Positions 55,401-64,000 of a stretch of DNA of 64,000 nt are shown piece after piece. This DNA is from Chiloscyllium plagiosum (lineage: Eukaryota). Each line of letters opens with the position of its first letter. The stretch's first letter is position 1. The notes under the pieces were generated by a model. That model had not been told where the DNA came from, did not search any database, and saw nothing but the letters and a program-made list of their open reading frames with translations. The DNA is taken from the NCBI RefSeq assembly GCF_004010195.1, contig NC_057757.1, positions 1,800,985 through 1,864,984 on the forward strand, read 5' to 3'. The translations under genes were made by a program, and so were the position numbers.

Positions 55401-58400
55401 GACCAAAAGGTCCATTAACACTAACCGCATTTCCTTGCACTTGGCCAAATGCCTTTTAAATGTTACTAAGATACCTGTCACAACCACTTGGCAGCTCATT
55501 CCACATGCTTACCACTCTTTGTGTAAAAAAAAAAATGCCTCTTGGGTTCCCTTTTATTCTTTCCCCTCTAACCTAAACTGATGCCCTCGAGTCCTTGATT
55601 CCTCAATCCTGGGAAAAAGAAGCATGCACCTGAACTCCAAGGTCTCTGTGTTCCACTACACTCCTTATATAAGGCTCTACCATTCATCATGAAACTCCTA
55701 CTTTGATTTGACTTTCCAAAATGCAAGACCTCACCCTTATCTATATTAAACTCTATTTGCTATTTCTCAGCCCACTTCCCCAGCTAATCAAGGTCGTTCT
55801 GCAATTACTGATAACCTTTCTCAAGGTCCACGAGATCTCCTATTTTAGGGTCACCTGCAAACTTACTAATCATGCCTTGTATATTCTCATCCAAATCATT
55901 GATATAAATAACAAACAGCAATGGGCCCATCACCAACTCCTGAGGCACTCCACCACTAGCAGGCCTCCAGTCTGACTAGCATCCTTCTACTGTTACCCTC
56001 TGCTTTGTACCATCAAGCTATTTGTGAATCCAATTTGCCAGCTTCTCCTGGATTCCATGTGATCTAACCTTCCAGAGCAGCATACCACGTGGAACCTTAT
56101 GAGAGGCCTTATTGAAATCCATATAGCCTACGTCTCCTGTCCTGCCCTTGTCAACCTTCCTGGTCACTTCATTAAAGAACTCTAACAAGTTCTGTGCTGC
56201 TTACTGTGATCTAATGTAATCTTGTCGAGCGTATGATATAGAAACCAGCAGTGCCTACAGGAACATTTCTACCTTTGATTTTAAGGAAAGTCAAATCTAT
56301 CTTTCTTAGGTATGTCTCCCTTGACTACGATGTCTGAGCTGAAGCAGTATATGAATCAGCTGGAGTACCGAGAATATAGGCAGGTCACCATCCAGGGACG
56401 AATCAAATCTGTAAAATACAAGTTACTGGGCAAAATGGATGAGGAGGTAACAGAGATGTCTAAACAGTTTTACATTGGGGTTGGTGGCAAAGGGAATAGG
56501 CTAAGAGTGGAATATTGTACGAACACAATGACTCAAGTAGTGTTGGGAAAGTAAAAAATTGTATTTGTTTGTGTACTTCCAGACATGCCAGGTGGATTCA
56601 CCAGGGCAGCATTACCTTACTCAGAGACACCTTGTGTCATCTGTGCTCAGAGATTGCACTTTAACGTCTGTGGGTTCAGATCCCACTGCAGAAAATTGTG
56701 CATTATATCCAAACAGATTCTCAAAAAGTGGAATACGGATGAAGGTAACAGATGAAACATCAAATGAAGGCCCTCTCTGAATTCTGGTTAACATAAAAGA
56801 ACCTAAGGGATTCTTTGAAGAAGACTGGGAGGGGTGTTTGCCTAGTCTCGTGGCCGATGTGTATACGTGACATAATGTTACGAGAAAACAAGTTTTCTGA
56901 CCATTATCTGATGACAGCTTGCTGAACACAAATTGCTACCGTGCTTCCTACATCGTGACAAAGACATTACAGCCAAGTGATTATTTTTAAAGTTGTTTTA
57001 AACTGTTCCAGTGTCATTTTGCACGGAAACATGTTTTCTTATTTTTTTCATGTCAGTGCACCAATATTACAAGATACCCTCCCTATCTTACAAGGCTTTA
57101 ATATGATTCTCGCCACCTTTCACCATATCAGTGGTTTGTGCTGGGTAAAGAAGACACTGACGTAGGCTTTTGTGACGTTACATCTTGGCAGTAAACAGGA
57201 AGTTTCTGTCATTATCAGATTTCCAGCCTATTAGGTAGCCAATTGATTTATCTGGCAAGTTCTTGTCTTACAGTTCACTGAAGTCTATAATGCTGTTGGA
57301 GGAACTGAGGAGTATGAAGAATTGCTTGACGCTGACCAGCCATTTCAGGGCACAAGAGGAAACAAAAGTCCTGTAATCCCTATCGTGAGGTGAGACTTAT
57401 TTTCCATATGTGGAATTATTTTCTGTTGTTGGAAATTCGTGTTTGTGAAGGCAAGATATATTTATTTCTAAGGTCTCTAGTTGGAGATTCGTTCAGGCAA
57501 TTCGAAGTCAGTTATTTTGCTGGGTAGGAAAATCAGCTACTTTGAATTACTCGGTGCTGGAGATCTGTCCCCTGGTGAAGGCAATGACCAACATATGGGG
57601 TCTGAATTCAGATCTCGCTCTGCCTGTTTCACATTCATGAATTTGAACAGAGTGTGTCAATAAGCTAGTTGACTGCAAAGAGCTTTGTGATGTCACCTGG
57701 TGTTCAGCCAGTTACATTTCTAGGTGGGTGGGAGTTGGTCATTGGGATGATTATCAGAAGTAGGAATCTTGGTTGATGTTCTCCCCCATCTTCCAGAAAC
57801 CTCTTGTTTTGCTGCCAGGGCTAATGCCAGATAATTCACTGCAGACTAGAGAATGGATCAGAGGGTATTCCTCATCTTGTTGGGCAAGTTACTGTGTCAA
57901 ACAACTGAAACAACAATCAAAAGACATAATTAGCAGCAGTAATCCAGGAGAGTGAAACCAAGATTGGAAAGGTAGTCAAAAGGTTGTGATCAGGTGACAA
58001 GCTTGGCTTTTAGTTCCTCTGTGTTGAGATGTAACTGAAGGAGCTAACAATTCACACGGTTTAGAGATATTGGTGGGGCAGAGGAGGGAGAATGAGGCAT
58101 ACAGTAGGAGGCAATGCAGTGAGACCTAACCTCAGCAGAAAGGAAGACCCCACCTTCTCTGTGTTGGAAATGTGACTGAATTAATATACTGGAACTTTAT
58201 GTTTCACCAGTGGACCTCCTCCGAAGAAACAAGCTGGCTTATCACAGAAAAGAAAAAGAAAAAGTGCATTCTGCGAGAAAAAATGTACACCAATGAGGTA
58301 ACTGAAACATTCACTCACTCTGAATGTCTTGCTGCTCAGTGCTGCACATCTAACGACTGAACTCCAATTCTTTTATCAGGTTGCTGACTAATTCTAAGAT

Positions 58401-61400
58401 ACCTACTAAGTGAAAGAGGGAATTTGTGACAAACCTTTTAGCCCAGCCAATAGTGAGAATGTGAACTTGCTACAATAGTGACTGAGGTGAATTGTATCGA
58501 TATATTTAAGGGAAATCTGGATAAATACATGATGCAGAAAGGAATAGAAGACTATGCTGGTGGGGTCTGGTTAAGAGGAAGCTTGTACAGAGCATAAAGT
58601 TTACCATGGGCCAAAAGGGGTGTTTCTGTGCTGTAAACACTGTGTAATTCTTGTAGCTCTGCATTTGAATTCTCCATGAGCTCACATTGTCTTCACAGCC
58701 CAGCAATGCCTCGCCTTTAGGCTGGAGTTTTTCTCTATGTTCCCTTGCTTAGCTCCACTGTGCACAATTTCCAAATTGTTCAGAACTCGAGAACAGTGTT
58801 GTAACTTGTCCAGAATTAGGCGCATTCAGAAATATCATCCTTTTAAACATCACAAGCTGCATTTCTTTTAATGCACTGACACCATGTTCCATGTTCTATT
58901 GTTTAGATCCTCTGCTCTCCAACTCCTGACAGCTCCATATTTTCCTTGCTCTACTGCAAATGTGGTGATAATGCCCAAGGATACCTTTTAAATCTGTTTA
59001 CTGAATTAAAGTTCTCCACTTAAAAATAGATTGACAAGGTTATTTAGTGTAGAACATAAAGAGTGGGAATGGACGTTAGCCCCTTGAACTGACTCTGACA
59101 TTAATTAAGATCACAGCTAATCTGATTATGGCCTTACCCCCACTTTTGATTTCTGCCCACCATAACCTGTGACTGTTTTGTCGATCAAAAGTATGTCTCA
59201 GCCTTGAACATAGTCAGTGGCCAGGAGAAAGTGAGGACTGCAGATACTGGAGATCAAAGTCGAGAGTGTGTTGCTGGAAAAGCACAACAGGTCAGGCAGC
59301 ATCAGAGGAGCAGGAGAATCCACGTTTCGGGCTTAAGCCCTTCATCAGGAATGAGCCGGGGGCTGAAAGATAAATGGGAGGGATTAGGGCTTGGGGAAGG
59401 ATTATCCCAGTCCCAAGCCTCCATCTCGGCACCACCCTCCTGACCTGTCCATCACCTTTCCCATCTATCTGCTCCAACCCCCCCCCCCCCGACCTCTCCC
59501 GACCTCTCCTCACCTTCATCTACCTATCGCTTTCTCAGCTACCTTCCCCCAACCCCATCCCCCATCTCTCAGCCCCCTGTCCACAAGCCTCATTCCTGAT
59601 GAAGGGCTTATACCCGGAATGTCGATTCTCCTCCTTGGATGCTGCCTGACCTGCTGTGCCTTTCCACTGACACACTCTCACCCCATATTCAGTGGCTGTC
59701 TTTCACTGCTCTCTGTTGGAGAAAATTTCAGAGATTGACAATCCTATGAGAGAAGGAATTTCTCTTTTGCTTCTGTCTTAATGGGAGCTCCTTTATTATT
59801 AAACTCTGTCGCGTAGTTTCAGAATCTTCCATGAAAGGAACCTCCTTTTTAGAATTTTGTAATTCAACAAGATCACCTCTTCTACTTGCTGTTTAGCCCC
59901 AGTTTGATTAATGTTTCTTCATAAGGTAGCTGCTTCGTCTTAGGTGTCAACCTGGTGAACTTTCTGTGAACTGCCTCCTTAAATAAGGAAACCGAAAGTG
60001 CACACCGTACTCTGAGTGGCATCTCGCCAATTCCCTATATACTTGTAGCAAGACTTCCTACATTTATGTTTAAAAAGAAGTACCCTGGACTTGAATACAA
60101 ATTCAAAGCATCTGTGTGAAAGTTTGGTAAACTACTGGTTGGGCCTCAGCTGGAGTGTTGCTTCAAATATTAAGTTTCACATTTTCAAAAGATATTGAGG
60201 CCTGGAGAGAGTGGAGAAGAAATTTACGAGGATGGGGGACTTCAGTTATCAGACAAAATTGAGCAGCTGAGATTGTTCTCCCTAAGGTTTAAAGGGATAT
60301 TGGCAGAACGAGAGGGGGAAATGAGGAGAATTGCTTTCTATCGGTTGAATTGGAGAGATCTGAAACATGCTGCCTAAAAGGATAGTAGAAATCCATTTAA
60401 AAACGGCTTTCAAAAGGGAGTTATTTGCAGGGCTATACGGAAAAAGCAAAGAAATTGGGCTAATGGGAAGACTGTGTTTTAAAGAGGCACAATAGGCACA
60501 GTGGGCTGAACGGCCTCCTCTGCCATATCATTTCGTAAAACTGTATCTCCTCGACTCTGATTTCTGCCACCTTTTAGTACATGTGACAATAAATTCTGAT
60601 TCTCACTTAACCTCTCTCCAGTTTAGAACATTAGCATGTGAAAGCACCACATAATATAATTGGTTCCTTTTTAACCTAGACTCTGTAAGGATACAGGATC
60701 AACTAGGGTGGGAGAGAATGCAGCTCATCATCTACGAAGTCACGAGAAGGACGTGAACCGTGATGCAAGTCCTGGGAAAGGTTCGAACAAACTGAGCTTC
60801 CTTGTAGCATTTTGTGTTTTGTTCTGTTGTTAGGATGTGGCATGGGGGTTATCATCCCAAAAGTGATAACTCCTGAAGTCAGAATATGACTGAGCTGTGA
60901 CTCTATTTTCCACCATTATCCTTAGCAGCTAAAGATCTGGATGTACTCTGTGACTAGGTTCTCAAATGCAGCCTGCCAGTGTTGGTGAGAGACCAGAGGC
61001 CAGCCAGTAGCTGACAAGCTCAGAAGCCCCCACTTTTAAGAGAAAGTCAGAGGGCTGACATCTTGTGGCTGTAGAGATTACTTACGTGGAACCACATCTG
61101 CTGTGTTCGAGTTGGGTTTGGGAAGGAGTTAATTGACCCTTTGCAATCTCAAAAAGGGATTACACACATTATTGAGAGGCTCATGTGATATTATCTGTTG
61201 GCACCAATTCGTGTTCCAGGTTATTTTCATTCAGATAGTTTATCAGTGTGCAAGCAGTCTGATGTAATGAAGAAAACCAGGATTAGTTTGAGATTGTTGT
61301 AATTAGAATCATTGCTGTTATGGAGACAATCTTATCTATGCTAGCTTTTTAGTATCGAGCTAGATTCTGCCCGCTGCAGTTAAATATCTTTTAAATTGTT

Positions 61401-63151
61401 ATTGAATCTGTGTCCACCCATTCATTTCAAATAGCATATTACAGATCATCACAACAACAAAATTGAAAATTCTCTGTTCCTGCACCTTCCCACCAAATTG
61501 TTTCAGATTAGCTTATATTGCTGACCTTATTCTTTCTAGCATAGTGAATCCCTTAACATTTCTTTGCCTTAAATTTCACCTGCCAGGTGTCTGAAAGACA
61601 GCATAGATAAAGGCTCTTTGGCCCATTGGGTCTGCGCAAGTCAAAAATAACCACCTAATTATTCTAATCTCATTTTCCAGCAATTGGTCCATAGCCTTCT
61701 GTGCCTTGGCATCACAAATGAACAGCTATTTCTTCTGTGTCCTCCTGAATGAAGTCTGTTATTTTGTTCAGTTTACTACCTTTGATTTTTGTGTTATCTT
61801 AAGTTATGCCTGAGGTGATCAATATATTTCAGTAATAACTTTTCATGTTTATAGATAAAGATGTATATGCATTTCCAGATAGTAGATTAATCTGGGCTTG
61901 ATACAGGGCGAGAAGGGAGAGTGGAGTAATGAGGTTAGTCAGGGATTGAATCAGGTTATGTAGAGAAAATCAGGGATTAGTGTGGGAATGATGATAAAGA
62001 ACAATGGGGAAGGAGGAGAGCAGTATGATTAGTTTGGGATATACACAAGGCTACATGGAGACAGTGTGTCAATGGAATTAGTTTGGGGATTGATATAGGG
62101 TGTAGGAAAGGCAAGAGTCAACAGAATTAATTTGGGTATTGCTAAAAAGTTGTAAGGAGAGCAAGGCACTTGGATTATTTTTGCATTGGTATAAGGATTT
62201 GGGGAGATAAGGCAATGGGAATATTCAGGATTGATCTGCAAAGCAAAATATAGGATGGGCTGAATGGCCATCTCTTGAGCTTTAAATTTCTATGACTCTC
62301 TCTTGTGGATTCACACTATATCTAATGTTTAAGATAAGGTTTCCTCCCACAATCCAAAGGTGTGCAGGTCAGGTGAATTGGCCATGCTAAATTGCCCATA
62401 GTGTTAGGTGCATTAGTCAGGGGGAATGGGTCTGGGTGGGTTACTGTTCGGAAGGTCAGTGTGGACTTGTTGGGCCGAAGGGCCTGTTTCCATACTGTAA
62501 GAAATCTAATCTAATCTAATCTAAAAAAATCAATATAGCGTGGCTGGTTGAGATGTTAAATATCATTGCTGTCCAACTGTTCAAATTAAGGTATTATACA
62601 ATTGAGTTGAAGAGCAGAGATTTTTCTTAGTCTCATTCCTAAAGCAATACCATTTAAAAGTAAATTCATAACCATCAATCTAATCAGTGCATGTGAATTG
62701 TACTCTGCACAAAATGGCTGCTGCATTCACTTACATAATAGTGGCAGTACTGTAAAAGTAAACTTTTGTATAAAGTAGATTTGGGTGTAAAGTTTGAAAT
62801 GGTATGAATGCAGTACAGCATTTCTTTCTTTTGAAGCCCTCAACTTCATAAAAGCATGTGAGGAGTTCTACACAGACTCTGATGATGTGGAGGAGACTCC
62901 AAGTGCAATGAGCTTAGCCCAGCCCATCTTCTCTCGGATTGACTGCTCATCACAGCGAGAGCACATTGCCCATCGGGGAAACGTTTCCCAAATGGTAGCT
63001 CGTTGCTTCCACTTCAGAGACAAGTCCTTCCTCCTCAAAACCTTTGGTCTCCAGCCGTCCAATTTTTCTGGAATCCCAGCAGGTCAGACTGAGGATCTGG
63101 AACAATGTGAACCAGCATGTTGCTATGGATACTACACTGTGACCATTTTAG
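33804..63151 (+). CDS. RADX: RADX-family (RPA1-related, CXorf57) OB-fold ssDNA-binding protein; 14 exons seen, 3' end outside window
   Basis: Exons 33804-34401, 38707-38852, 39909-40092, 44423-44531, 51337-51428, 51827-51970, 53018-53134, 54810-54983, 56310-56446, 56583-56744, 57274-57389, 58211-58297, 60680-60780, 62837-63151 in consistent phase (about 827 codons). Motifs [63 protein letters not shown] and GYYTVTILG match recalled human RADX. Exons 10-13 (low-conservation linker) are less certain. Confidence 0.87.
34745..35510 (+). mobile_element. Two HE1 SINEs (about 34745-34990 and 35228-35510) plus a Penelope-derived fragment
   Basis: TGGCTCAGTGGTTAGCACTGCTGCC heads. Confidence 0.8.
36665..36858. 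repeat. Palindromic Penelope-derived insert with a 15-bp target duplication
   Basis: Arms ATTCTGGATTAGTGGTGCTGGAAGAGCACAGCA.. / ..TGCTGTGCTCTTCCAGCACCACTGATCCAGAAT; TATTAGATAAATATA at 36665-36679 and 36844-36858. Confidence 0.75.
38707..38852 (+). CDS. RADX: RADX exon 2
   Basis: SYSIDVRQLEG...LPPVIVRVLRKFRLCHFGRPDRYSECPFQ|gtaaac. Confidence 0.87.
39360..39550. repeat. Palindromic Penelope-derived repeat (family A) with a mutated hammerhead
   Basis: About 53-bp near-perfect inverted arms at 39360-39412 and 39467-39519; CTGATGA-A-GGGC TTAT GCCC-AAAA at 39425. Confidence 0.78.
39909..40092 (+). CDS. RADX: RADX exon 3
   Basis: [45 protein letters not shown]... Confidence 0.9.
40600..43520 (+). 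mobile_element. Decayed near-full-length RTE-clade LINE
   Basis: RHTWSKYWDMI (WRHPRSKHWH-like), GKAVGVDGIP, GVKQGC, QYADD, FPFLGSYLS; many frameshifts. Confidence 0.85.
44423..44531 (+). CDS. RADX: RADX exon 4
   Basis: ELNLNPRNPAAGITVINDKDVREEWHLPALQYCFVT. Confidence 0.88.
44570..45780 (+). mobile_element. CR1 LINE fragments
   Basis: PGDYRPVS..KLLES..GFVKG; HER1 3' end at 45520-45780. Confidence 0.8.
47180..48990 (-). mobile_element. RTE fragments interrupted by a Penelope GIY-YIG/terminal-repeat fragment (47615-47980) and a possible Tigger-like MITE (about 48119-48340)
   Basis: CQMCGWRCGSRIGLNSH (RTE C-terminus); AGHFNSTSHS..LEE..LGTLQPHGINVDF (PLE endonuclease C-terminus). Confidence 0.7.
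49010..49560 (-). mobile_element. Rex1/Babar-like LINE 3' fragment
   Basis: IIESILSGYITA..LPSDRKYKSLKSCTNRFRNSF; (TCAAA)n tail. Confidence 0.65.
49590..51250 (+). mobile_element. CR1 LINE RT fragments
   Basis: SVGPLLFVIYIND..ISKFVDD..LRLQEGID. Confidence 0.85.
51337..51428 (+). CDS. RADX: RADX exon 5
   Basis: RKELSELSSGNLCSIIGYVTFVGRQERIRIK. Confidence 0.88.
51827..51970 (+). CDS. RADX: RADX exon 6
   Basis: [48 protein letters not shown]|gtaaga. Confidence 0.87.
53018..53134 (+). CDS. RADX: RADX exon 7
   Basis: TLLVCTNVTLEC...FPYLQSTTYSQVYVN G|gtatgt. Confidence 0.85.
53980..54585 (+). mobile_element. HER1/CR1 LINE 3' fragment
   Basis: LRGNFFMQRVVRVWNELPEEVV..FKRHLDGYM. Confidence 0.88.
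54810..54983 (+). CDS. RADX: RADX exon 8
   Basis: GHHQGKLYVKNPKVKEFINWIQS...IGGCYTYPPLP. Confidence 0.88.
55345..56190 (-). mobile_element. HER1/CR1 LINE fragments
   Basis: Antisense CR1 RT and 3' UTR sequence. Confidence 0.75.
56310..56446 (+). CDS. RADX: RADX exon 9
   Basis: MSPLTTMSELKQYMNQLEYREYRQVTIQGRIKSVKY. Confidence 0.87.
56583..56744 (+). CDS. RADX: RADX putative exon 10 (frame-neutral, partly SINE-derived)
   Basis: ttccag|ACA...AAG|gtaaca, 162 nt open, phase 0/0; no homology support. Confidence 0.45.
56643..56990 (+). mobile_element. Old DeuSINE (SacSINE1/AmnSINE-like); other decayed copies at about 5340-5480, 8050-8240, 20365-20455, 30210-30550, 52000-52330 and 62690-62830
   Basis: GTGGGTTCAGATCCCACT head, CAGATGAAACATCAAA..GGCCC, TAAAAGAACC..TGAAGAAGA, CACAAATTGCTACCGTGCTTCCTACAT Deu-domain-like block; matched from a recalled consensus. 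Confidence 0.6.
57274..57389 (+). CDS. RADX: RADX putative exon 11
   Basis: cttacag|FTEVYNAVGGTEEYEELLDADQ...PIV AG|gtgaga; purine-rich, phase-compatible. Confidence 0.65.
58211..58297 (+). CDS. RADX: RADX putative exon 12 (basic NLS-like)
   Basis: SGPPPKKQAGLSQKRKRKSAFCEKKCTPM, phase 2/2. Confidence 0.65.
59222..59680. mobile_element. Penelope-derived inverted terminal-repeat pair with two hammerhead motifs
   Basis: Minus-strand CTGATGA at 59342-59348 (site GTG) and plus-strand CTGATGA at 59596-59602 (GGAA mutant), flanked by inverted GCTGGAAAAGCACA..GGCAGCATC arms. Confidence 0.75.
60680..60780 (+). CDS. RADX: RADX putative exon 13
   Basis: cctag|RLCKDTGSTRVGENAAHHLRSHEKDVNRDASPGK; weak donor, but its phase bridges exons 12 and 14. 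Confidence 0.5.
62338..62525 (+). mobile_element. 5'-truncated HE1 SINE with (TCTAA)n tail
   Basis: V-domain and HER1-like 3' end. Confidence 0.8.
62837..63151 (+). CDS. RADX: RADX exon 14
   Basis: ALNFIKACEEFYTDSDD...VARCFHFRDKSFLLKTFGLQPS...CYGYYTVTIL G|gtaaag. Confidence 0.82.
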
Positions 63152-63614
63152 GTAAAGTGAGTTTGGTTAACAAGATCTGGAAGTTTTAACGTTTTGCTAT
63201 TATCAGCACGTATTGGCAATTTGTGCAGGAGCTTCTGTATCTTAGGACTAGCCTGTACATAACAGTTTTTAATTGTTACGAGGCTTTTGGGAAAGCGTGG
63301 ACAGAGGTTAGTTTGACATACAAATCTATAAGGGGAGTGTAACTGCTTTGAAATTGATACAGGGAGAATATGAGGACTGCAGATGCTAGAGATCAGAGTT
63401 GAAAAGTGTGGCACTGGAAAAGCAGAGCAGGTCCGATAGGAAAGTCTGTTATTTTGTTCAGTTTACTACCTTTGAATTTTGTGTTATCTGAAGTTATGCC
63501 CAAGGTCATCAAAATATTTCAGTAATAACTTTTCATCTTTATAGATAAAGATCTATATGCATTTCCGGATAGTAGATTAGTCTGGGCTTGATACAGGGCT
63601 AGAAGGGGAGAGCA

Positions 63615-64000
63615 ATTCCACTCCAGGACATGCCAGATGGCCTCCTAATCAAGGACCGCAATTTCCCCTCCCACATGATCAACCATGCCCTCCAGAGTAT
63701 CTCCTCCACTTCCTTCCCCTCTGCCCTTGAACCCCATCCTTCCAACTGCAAGAAGGATAGAACCGCGCCCCCCCCTCCCCCGTCCTCACCTTCCACCACA
63801 CTAATCTCCAGATACAGTGCATCATCTCCTGCCATTTCTGTCACCTACAGTCAGACCCACCACCAGGGATATATTTCCCTCAACCTCCATCTGTGTTCCG
63901 TTCGTGGCTCCCTCGTTAGGTCCACATCCCCCACCAACCCACCCTCCACTCCCTGCACCTTCCCTTGCCACCGCAAGAGGTGTATAACCTGCACACACAC
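63615..64000 (+). mobile_element. Penelope-like element linker fragment
   Basis: PPSSPSTTL/HLQSDPTTRDIFP..TFPCHRKRCITCTH-type PLE linker sequence. Confidence 0.7.

Larger units (their letters stand above)
61752..63607 (+). repeat. 166-bp dispersed direct repeat (61752-61917 and 63442-63607), about 93% identical
   Basis: Manual alignment gives about 11 substitutions. Confidence 0.85.

Overview
Eukaryotic, repeat-rich genomic DNA from a cartilaginous fish, most likely a shark. The assignment rests on HE1-type tRNA/V-SINEs with (TTAGA)n tails, HER1/CR1 LINEs, DeuSINE/SacSINE1-like SINEs and Penelope-like elements. Three spliced genes were reconstructed by hand. (1) A muscle nicotinic acetylcholine receptor subunit (minus strand, exons 1-10, 20871 to 2161, 3' end outside the window) that closely matches the Torpedo 'gamma' subunit but carries epsilon-type residues and lies in a CHRNE-like neighbourhood. 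(2) A complete, intact 7-exon, 189-aa TMEM95 sperm-egg fusion gene (minus, 32204 to 24585), a gene usually regarded as mammal/amniote-restricted. (3) A RADX (CXorf57)-family OB-fold ssDNA-binding gene (plus, from 33804, 14 exons seen, 3' end outside the window), head-to-head with TMEM95 across a CpG island. Three distinct families of Penelope-derived, often palindromic, short repeats carry minimal hammerhead ribozyme motifs. Most ORF-track entries are decayed retroelement fragments or noise. All homology calls come from recalled protein and repeat sequences, not from database searches.
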